From positions 32,734-96,733 of the forward strand of contig JBEKTQ010000016.1 in NCBI GenBank assembly GCA_049515895.1: a stretch of DNA of 64,000 nucleotides, given 5' to 3'. Made by a program: the position numbers and the translations under genes. The stretch comes from Candidatus Bathyarchaeia archaeon. Lineage in GTDB: Archaea > Thermoproteota > Bathyarchaeia > Bathyarchaeales > Bathycorpusculaceae. Positions 57,567 to 64,000 of this stretch are shown here, piece after piece. The notes beneath the pieces were generated by a model, which had not been told where the DNA came from, ran no database searches, and was given only the letters and a program-made list of their open reading frames with translations. Every line of letters begins with the position of its first letter. Positions within the stretch are counted from its first letter, which is position 1.

Positions 57567-58151
57567 TTGGATTTCATCTCAGAATTTGCCAGAGCCGCCA
57601 TTGCATTATTCATAATAGTTGACCCCCTTGGCAACATCCCCATCTTCGTAGGCCTAACAGAAAACATCACAGACGCACAGAGAAGAAAAACCTACAACAC
57701 CGCCATCCTCGTCGGCTTCGCATTGCTTCTGGTTTTCGCGTTCACCGGTCAAGAAATCCTGTCCCTTTTCGGTCTAACAATCTACAGTTTTGAGATCGCA
57801 GGCGGCATTCTTCTTTTAATCATCGCAATCAGAATCTTGATTTCTGGGTTTCATCAGAGCGCTGAATCTCCCGAAAGCTTAGGTGCAGTTCCCATCGCTA
57901 TCCCGCTTCTTGTGGGACCCGGCGCCATCACCACAACAATTCTTAATCTTCAAAATTACGGCACCATCATAACGATTTTGGCAGTTGTCGTCGTTTTAGG
58001 TCTTACTTGGGTCATTCTTCGGTTTATAAATGGCGTCTACAAGATTTTGGGGAAAACTGGTTCCATAGTGATAGCGAGAGTGATGGCTTTGCTTATTGCG
58101 GCTATCGCAGTTCAGTATGTACTGACGGGTTTAACTCACTTCTTGGCTTGA
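57567..58151 (+). CDS. MarC family membrane protein
   Basis: DPLGNIPIF, AGGILL, VPIAIPLLVGPGAIT, RVMALL. Confidence 0.93.
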   Translation: MDFISEFARAAIALFIIVDPLGNIPIFVGLTENITDAQRRKTYNTAILVGFALLLVFAFTGQEILSLFGLTIYSFEIAGGILLLIIAIRILISGFHQSAESPESLGAVPIAIPLLVGPGAITTTILNLQNYGTIITILAVVVVLGLTWVILRFINGVYKILGKTGSIVIARVMALLIAAIAVQYVLTGLTHFLA

Positions 58152-58340
58152 GCATGTGGATTGAGTGAAAACCAAAGGGCTCGATTATTCAAGTGGGATG
58201 CTGGGTGTTGTGTTCGTATTTGCTGTTAACCTGTGGTTCTGTTGTACTCAAGCTGGTCAGTGTATTAACTCTTAAATATTTATATACACGAAATCCTCTC
58301 CATTTATTTCAAATCAATATCAGCAATTAACAAAGTTATA

Positions 58341-58805
58341 ATGGTAAAAGAACGCCTAAGAAGAGTAGAAGGAAAACCTATGGCAGGTTCACTCGCAAAA
58401 ACCCAAGAGACCGAAGGAATTTACATCACCTTGGAAAATCCAAGTAACGAGCAGTTTGATGAAGTTTTGGTCCAAGCTATAGATGAGGTCTTCACGTCGC
58501 TGGGCGAACCCGTCAAAAACGCTTTCTATCAGCACTTAGAAGAGGATTTTAACATATCCAAGAATGAAATTCCCAAAAAAATTGCAGAGTTCTCCGACAT
58601 AATTCACAAAATCTTTGGCTTGGGAGCAAGCCGTCTTGAACGCAATTTTATAAGAGAACTTAATTCAAAAGTTCAATCTAACGTGGAGTTCCCTGAGTAC
58701 GAGGGATCGCTTTCAAAATGGATTATCAGGGAAGTATCGTTTGAAGAGTATATTCAGAAGGCACGCGAGAGTTACGAAACTCAAGGATCAAAAACACTTC
58801 CTTAA
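58341..58805 (+). CDS. Hypothetical protein (DUF3227/NitrOD5-like)
   Basis: AIDEVFTSLGE...IP....F...I.KIFG.GA..LE pattern. Confidence 0.6.
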   Translation: MVKERLRRVEGKPMAGSLAKTQETEGIYITLENPSNEQFDEVLVQAIDEVFTSLGEPVKNAFYQHLEEDFNISKNEIPKKIAEFSDIIHKIFGLGASRLERNFIRELNSKVQSNVEFPEYEGSLSKWIIREVSFEEYIQKARESYETQGSKTLP

Positions 58806-58893
58806 GACTGGAATCCGATAAATTGGTGTTCGCTTGATTTGAATTCTTTTGCATTTTTGAGAAGCGAGCTGGCGCCAAAAAGTTAATTTAGGT

Positions 58894-60075
58894 TTATGAT
58901 TTTTTCCCAAAATCAGTTATTTTTCCCAATCTTGACATTAACGAGTTCTTTGATCCGTTGGCGTTTTTCGCTTTTTCCCTCATTTCAGCTTCAATCAGCT
59001 TCATTTCGATGCGCGATTCAATATCGGATTTTATTTTTTCTATAGCTTCCTTTTCCTCAGTGGATCCCTCTATTAGCAGAATTTCGTGTCCCTGCGCGAT
59101 TTTTTTGGCTGTTTCGTTTAAGATTGGCATTGCAACGAAAATCGGGATGTCAACCTTCACTTCGGACGTCTTATAGATATAAAGTATAAGTGGTGAGGAT
59201 GAAACTTCGGGCTCGCTTATTGCATGATCAAGAGCGATGTTTATTTCTTGGCCTTTGATTTGCTTTTTCGCGACAAGGCTGAAATGATGTTCCATTTTGC
59301 TTTTTTGTCCGACTGCCAGTCCCGGTATTTCGACGGTGAAGCCTAGATCCACCAAGAGTGCTCTGAGGCTTTCCAGGCTAGCGACGTTTTGTCTAATCTC
59401 TTTCTTTCTTTTCAAGTTCAGGGAAAACTTTGGTATCTCAGTCAGTCGCGCTTCTTTGATGGAGAAGCCCTTCCCACAGCTTCGACAGATCAGATCGTAT
59501 TCCGGATCTTCGAATCTGTCGCCGCATTCTCTACAGACAAACCAGCGGCCCATGTTTCTGAATTGACCTTCAACAAGGGGCTCCCCACATTTTGGGCAGA
59601 GATTGTCAACATACTTGTTACGTTGGTCAATGTAGCCGCAGGGGATGTGTTCGGTTAGGCTTGTTTTGTCTATGTTGTGGCTTTTGCATTTTGGGCAACG
59701 ATTGTGAAGCGTAATGATTGTTGAGACGCAGTTGGGGCAGACTGAAACTGAATCATAAAAGTCTTTGTGAACTATGTCCAGCCTCGCGAGATTTTCCAAA
59801 AAGTCTCTTGAGATATTACTAATTCCATCTGCCTGGTAAACATATCCTGAACCTGGAACATATTTTGGGGTTATTTCGGCTGTATCTTCGTATTGAATCA
59901 GTTCTCTTAGAAGGTCGCGTGTTTTGGGTTCAATGTACGCTTCTCTTCTTTCCAGCCCTATTTTATCATCTAAGTCTGTAGTCTTCATGGTTTCTGCGTT
60001 CTTTATTTGAGCTTTCGCTATGGCATATTCTACACTGCTTCTTGCTTCAATGTTTGACTCTGAGTTTCTATTCAT
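58894..60075 (-). CDS. TackOD1-like multi-Zn-ribbon protein with C-terminal restriction-endonuclease-like domain
   Basis: CPNC, CPKC, HIPCG, CPKC, CREC, CRSC; GQKSKMEHHFSLVA. Confidence 0.7.
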   Translation of the reverse strand: MNRNSESNIEARSSVEYAIAKAQIKNAETMKTTDLDDKIGLERREAYIEPKTRDLLRELIQYEDTAEITPKYVPGSGYVYQADGISNISRDFLENLARLDIVHKDFYDSVSVCPNCVSTIITLHNRCPKCKSHNIDKTSLTEHIPCGYIDQRNKYVDNLCPKCGEPLVEGQFRNMGRWFVCRECGDRFEDPEYDLICRSCGKGFSIKEARLTEIPKFSLNLKRKKEIRQNVASLESLRALLVDLGFTVEIPGLAVGQKSKMEHHFSLVAKKQIKGQEINIALDHAISEPEVSSSPLILYIYKTSEVKVDIPIFVAMPILNETAKKIAQGHEILLIEGSTEEKEAIEKIKSDIESRIEMKLIEAEMREKAKNANGSKNSLMSRLGKITDFGKKS

Positions 60076-60137
60076 TTTCCGCGTCCTTCAAGACTTTATG
60101 ACTTTAACCATAGTAGCTTAATTTAAGTGTTATTTCC

Positions 60138-60977
60138 TTACGGGAGGAACATAAAGAATGCTATCCCTGTCGCAACTGCGAGTACAGCTACATGTTTTAG
60201 TCCATCGAGAAATGAGTCTTCATTTACTTTTCCTGCGATTAGGCCCCCAAACATCGCCTCCAATAGGGCTGCGTGGAAGAATAGTCGCCTTGAGTCTGCC
60301 TGTGTTAGAATTGGCTTTATGAAAGAAGAAGCACCTGTAGCCGACGTGTGAGACAAGGGGGCAAACATCATTCGTGAAATAACGATAATTATGAATAGAA
60401 ACATGAATACTGAAAAATAGAAGATTGCCACGTAGGGAAGTGTTTGCATTCTTCTTTTTTCGTTCCACGCGTTCATGCTTTCGAGGTATTTGGCGGTGGA
60501 ATCGAAGATATTGCTAAGGTCTCCACCATGTTTTCCAGCTTCGTTAATCAAAACAGTAGCTTTTTGAATTAGTGGCAAATTAAGCCGATCGCTGAATTCA
60601 GTTAGAGCGTCGTTGAAATTCATTCCCCAGCTCATGTGTGCGACCAATATTTGTAGTTCCCCTGTTAAAGGCCCATACATTCGTTTCGCAGCATGTTCCA
60701 AAGCCACTTGCAACGGTATCCCTGTGCGCGATGCGGTTGCGAGGTCTCGCAGGAATTCCGGGGTTGCCCTTTCAATTTTGACTTTCCATCTATTATGAAG
60801 TATTTGTCCTACGCTGGGAGGAACGACACCGATTGCAATTGCTATCACAATTGTGTAGTCAAGTATTGGGGAGGCAAGGAAGAATACTAGTGCTATTACA
60901 AAGAAAATGACCGCTGCGAAAGTAGAGATTATTGTTATTCTTTTTATTGTTCTGTTAGTTATTTTCATCGCGATCAC
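60138..60977 (-). CDS. Type II secretion F domain (TadC/ArlJ-like) pilus membrane protein
   Basis: PEFLRDLA, YGPLTGEL, GGDL, GLKH motifs. Confidence 0.88.
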   Translation of the reverse strand: MIAMKITNRTIKRITIISTFAAVIFFVIALVFFLASPILDYTIVIAIAIGVVPPSVGQILHNRWKVKIERATPEFLRDLATASRTGIPLQVALEHAAKRMYGPLTGELQILVAHMSWGMNFNDALTEFSDRLNLPLIQKATVLINEAGKHGGDLSNIFDSTAKYLESMNAWNEKRRMQTLPYVAIFYFSVFMFLFIIIVISRMMFAPLSHTSATGASSFIKPILTQADSRRLFFHAALLEAMFGGLIAGKVNEDSFLDGLKHVAVLAVATGIAFFMFLP

Positions 60978-61855
60978 TTCTCCAATGATGACATTATAAC
61001 CATCAGTATAGCACCCAACACTGGGATTCCGATGTAGACCATTAGGTAGAGAAGGCTTGCCATGCTAAAACCTGCAACTGTTCCGCTGCCTATCATGCCC
61101 AAGGTTACGAAAAGAACGGCGAAAAGTAGTGGAGCCGCTACTAGAAGCATGATGTATATTTCTGCCATTGCCGACAGCGATTCTAACATCGCGTCCAGTT
61201 TGGTCATTCTGTGTTGAGTTATTTTGTCTGAGGAAATTTTGAGGTATTCTGTTGGGTTTCCGCCTGTTCTCACTGTTGCTACGTACCCTATGAGTAGTTC
61301 TCGAAGCGTGTCGTTCGGTGTCAACTTGGCGTTTTCTATGATTGAAGACATTAGGTCGCTGCCGAAGATTTCGATGTCTCTGATGATGTTGCTGAATTCT
61401 AGGCGGGACTCTTTGAGTGTGTCAATTTTTGCTACTGATTCGAATACGATGCTGGGTGGAACGTTTGAGCTTGATAAAAGGGTTAGAAAGTTTGATAGGT
61501 AAGGCAGATTTTTGTCTATTGGCATGTTTCTGTTGCTGGCTTTCATTCCAGGATACATGTACATTATCATTAGTGTTGCCAACGCGGTTACGGCTGCTGC
61601 TGCCAAACTAAAAACGAAATTCATTGCAGAAAAGAAAGAAATTCGCATTAGAAATGGGATTAATACTAGAGATGCTCCAAATGCGATTATGAATGCGATT
61701 ATGGAGGTTAGCACCATAAAGGCAATGTATGCCTTGAATGCTATTAGCACGCCGCCTTTCTTTAGTTGAATATGTAAATCTTGAAATTGCGGGTATATTC
61801 TTTCAAGTTTCTTGCCAAGTTTCTGGTAAGCAATGGTCCAGGGTTCAAACTTCAT
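60974..61855 (-). CDS. Type II secretion F domain (TadB/TadC-like) pilus membrane protein
   Basis: IDKNLPY, RDIEIFGSD, TGG...YL, AEIY. Confidence 0.88.
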   Translation of the reverse strand: MKFEPWTIAYQKLGKKLERIYPQFQDLHIQLKKGGVLIAFKAYIAFMVLTSIIAFIIAFGASLVLIPFLMRISFFSAMNFVFSLAAAAVTALATLMIMYMYPGMKASNRNMPIDKNLPYLSNFLTLLSSSNVPPSIVFESVAKIDTLKESRLEFSNIIRDIEIFGSDLMSSIIENAKLTPNDTLRELLIGYVATVRTGGNPTEYLKISSDKITQHRMTKLDAMLESLSAMAEIYIMLLVAAPLLFAVLFVTLGMIGSGTVAGFSMASLLYLMVYIGIPVLGAILMVIMSSLEK

Positions 61856-61857
61856 TA

Positions 61858-63477
61858 TTAGCTCACTTTTGCTTTCCTGTATACCTGCTCGGGGTTTGAG
61901 AAGTAATCTAGGACCAGTTTTGACACGTCTTCGTATGAGCGGACGTGTTTTCTTACCATGTAGTCGAGAATTGTTTGTCTAATTTTTAGTTCTTCATCTA
62001 TGTCCTCTGGTGAATATCCCCATTGTGCCGCTATTTTGTCGAGCAGTGGACTTCTGCCCGTTTTTACGTAGATGTCCTTTTCTGCGTCCCACTGGAATAT
62101 TTCTTTGATTTCAAAGTCGTCTTTTTCTTTGTTCCAACCGACCATTTCTGAAACGCTTATGGTTCGCCTTAAAGAAACGTTGTTTACGACGAGTCGGCGG
62201 ACGATTGAGATTGCGTTCAAGTTTTCCACTTGCGTGTGTGGGATCATCATGGGTTTTGTAGTTAGCCTGTGTAAGACTCCCTGCACGTTTTCAGCGTGAA
62301 TAGTTGTTAAGCCCAAGTGCCCGGTTGCCATGGCTTGGAATAATGCATAAGCTTCTTCGCCTCTGATTTCGCCTACAATGATAAAGTCTGGTCTTTGCCT
62401 CAGCGCTGCTCTAAGGAGGTCGAACATGCTGATGCTGCCGATTCCAGCTTCGCCCATCGCTCCTGCACCCGTTCCCAGGCCTTGTCTTGTGACCATCATT
62501 TCCCAGTTTTTATGTGGTAAACGTATTTCTTGTGTATCTTCTATGCTGACTATTTTCAGGGTTGGCCTGATAAAGAGGCTGACGGCGTTTAGCATCGAGG
62601 TTTTGCCTCCACCGATGTCGCCGCCAATCATGACTGAGTGCCTATTTTCTATGATAAACCAGTAATACGCGGCTATTTCAGTCGATAAGGCTTTGTAGAT
62701 TATTAGGTCTGTGATGGTGAGAGGGCTTTTTTTGAATTTCCTTATGGTAAATGTGCTACCTTTAGGGGTTACTTCTGTTCCATACGTTACTTGGGCTCGG
62801 CTGCCATCATTTAGAGTTCCATCGAGGATTGGTTGTGCGATGGAGATGTGCCTGCCGCATAGGTATGCAAGTTTGAAAACGAAGTTCTCTAGTTCCTGCG
62901 CTGTGTCGAACACTATGTTGGTTGGGATGGATTCGTATTTGCGGTGCCAAACGAATACGGGTGAGTTAACGCCGTCGCAGGAGACGTCTTCTATGTTTTC
63001 GTCTCTCATTATTCCATCTATTTTTCCAAAACCCATGAAGTCACGGGTAATGTAGTACTGGTATTTTCCCAGTGTTTTGCTGTCAACGCTGGTGTCGTAT
63101 TTAACTGCTGTTTCCAGAATTTTGTATTTTAAAAAGTCTTCTGCTGCCTGCTGGTCTTTGAGGCTTTTGAGGTTAACCGAAAGTTCATCCCAAAGGATGT
63201 TCTTCAGTTCCGTTAGAGACGTGATATCTGATTCTGTTAGTGTTGGTTCTAAAACTGTGTATTTTACGTCGTTTTTTTCGTCTTCAACGATGGCAGCATA
63301 TGAGAATGGGACTAAAAGGGGATAATGCTCCTTGTATGTTTCTGCGACTTCTGATACTCCAGAAGTTTCAGTTGAAGCTTCGACGGAAGGGCCAAGTGTA
63401 TCTTCATCTATAACTGCTGCATTATCTGCTGTTTTTTGCTGTTGCTCCTGTTTACCCTTTGGTTTCCATAGCTTCAA
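61858..63477 (-). CDS. Type IV pilus/archaellum-type secretion ATPase (VirB11/ArlI family)
   Basis: IEDVSCDG, GGDIGGGKTS, SIEDTQE, ALRQRPDFIIVGEIRGEEA, TGH. Confidence 0.93.
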   Translation of the reverse strand: MKLWKPKGKQEQQQKTADNAAVIDEDTLGPSVEASTETSGVSEVAETYKEHYPLLVPFSYAAIVEDEKNDVKYTVLEPTLTESDITSLTELKNILWDELSVNLKSLKDQQAAEDFLKYKILETAVKYDTSVDSKTLGKYQYYITRDFMGFGKIDGIMRDENIEDVSCDGVNSPVFVWHRKYESIPTNIVFDTAQELENFVFKLAYLCGRHISIAQPILDGTLNDGSRAQVTYGTEVTPKGSTFTIRKFKKSPLTITDLIIYKALSTEIAAYYWFIIENRHSVMIGGDIGGGKTSMLNAVSLFIRPTLKIVSIEDTQEIRLPHKNWEMMVTRQGLGTGAGAMGEAGIGSISMFDLLRAALRQRPDFIIVGEIRGEEAYALFQAMATGHLGLTTIHAENVQGVLHRLTTKPMMIPHTQVENLNAISIVRRLVVNNVSLRRTISVSEMVGWNKEKDDFEIKEIFQWDAEKDIYVKTGRSPLLDKIAAQWGYSPEDIDEELKIRQTILDYMVRKHVRSYEDVSKLVLDYFSNPEQVYRKAKVS

Positions 63478-63570
63478 GTTAGCGTCTCCAAAATTAATTC
63501 TTGTAGAGTCAATATAAACCGTGTTAACTTCAAATTCACAATTCCTGCCGTCTAGTTATGGCGGCCACAA

Positions 63571-64000
63571 TTAAGTTACCACCACTACAGAAACCACAGT
63601 AGAATACACTACAGCTCCAGCAGAGTCCGTTACCTGAAGTTCAAAACTCCAGGTACCAAGAGTTGTACTGCCATTTGCAGTGAATGTGTATGTGCTCGAA
63701 GTCGCGCCGCTAATATTGCTATAACTGCCCGCACCTGGAGCTTTCTGAAGCCACTGATAACTATACGGAGTAGTACCGCCAGCAAGACCCGTAACTGAAA
63801 GAATTGAAGATTGAGGACTAGAACCTTGATGGACCGTGCCGACCGTAGCAGAAGCAGTTGGAGCAACAAGTGCAACATTCACCGTAACCGAAGGCGTATT
63901 AGACTGCACCATAAACGGAGTCGAAGCACTGTCAGTCACCCTACAATAAATCGTAGGAGAACCAGCAGAACCAGGCGTATAAACATAAGTAGCACCCGTC
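63571..64000 (-). CDS. C-terminal part of a large Ig/PKD-like repeat surface protein (starts beyond the window)
   Basis: GGTTPYSYQW, ISGATSSTYTF, LQVTDS repeats; frame appears open to the window end. Confidence 0.75.
   Translation of the reverse strand, partial: TGATYVYTPGSAGSPTIYCRVTDSASTPFMVQSNTPSVTVNVALVAPTASATVGTVHQGSSPQSSILSVTGLAGGTTPYSYQWLQKAPGAGSYSNISGATSSTYTFTANGSTTLGTWSFELQVTDSAGAVVYSTVVSVVVVT

Noticed and set aside
47161-64000. Novel systems in the right-hand region
   Set aside because: Apart from repeat copy C, the genes are ordinary housekeeping, transport and pilus functions.

Overview
Archaeal chromosomal window, most likely Bathyarchaeia or another TACK lineage (inferred from CCA-less archaeal tRNAs, BRE/TATA-type promoters, NucS, a TackOD1-like protein and a ClsN/Smc5-6-like SMC). 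1-17.5 kb is a surface-glycan cluster (GT2/GT4 enzymes, methyltransferases, membrane proteins) that embeds a comA-comB-ATP-grasp unit and several pseudogene or IS scars. 18-21 kb holds Hsp20, 10-bp-phased intergenic repeats, YihY and tRNA-Ile(GAT). 21.2-37.3 kb is a 16-kb integrative element bounded by a 20-bp direct repeat equal to the 5' end of tRNA-Arg(TCG). It encodes four tyrosine-recombinase-like proteins, a ParB with bacterial-parS-like palindromes but no ParA, an SF3 (D5/P4-type) helicase with internal iterons, regulators and a membrane-anchored surface protein. 37.5-40.9 kb is an operon for a short, apparently hinge-less Smc5/6-like ATPase plus kleisin-like and kite-like genes. 41-47 kb is a second element with a HUH rolling-circle Rep, a branched GC-rich origin candidate, HEPN-motif and membrane cargo genes, and a Zn-ribbon integrase. 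47-64 kb is housekeeping (ABC transporter, HtrA, NucS, MarC, type IV pilus assembly genes). All calls come from motifs read by eye; no searches were run.
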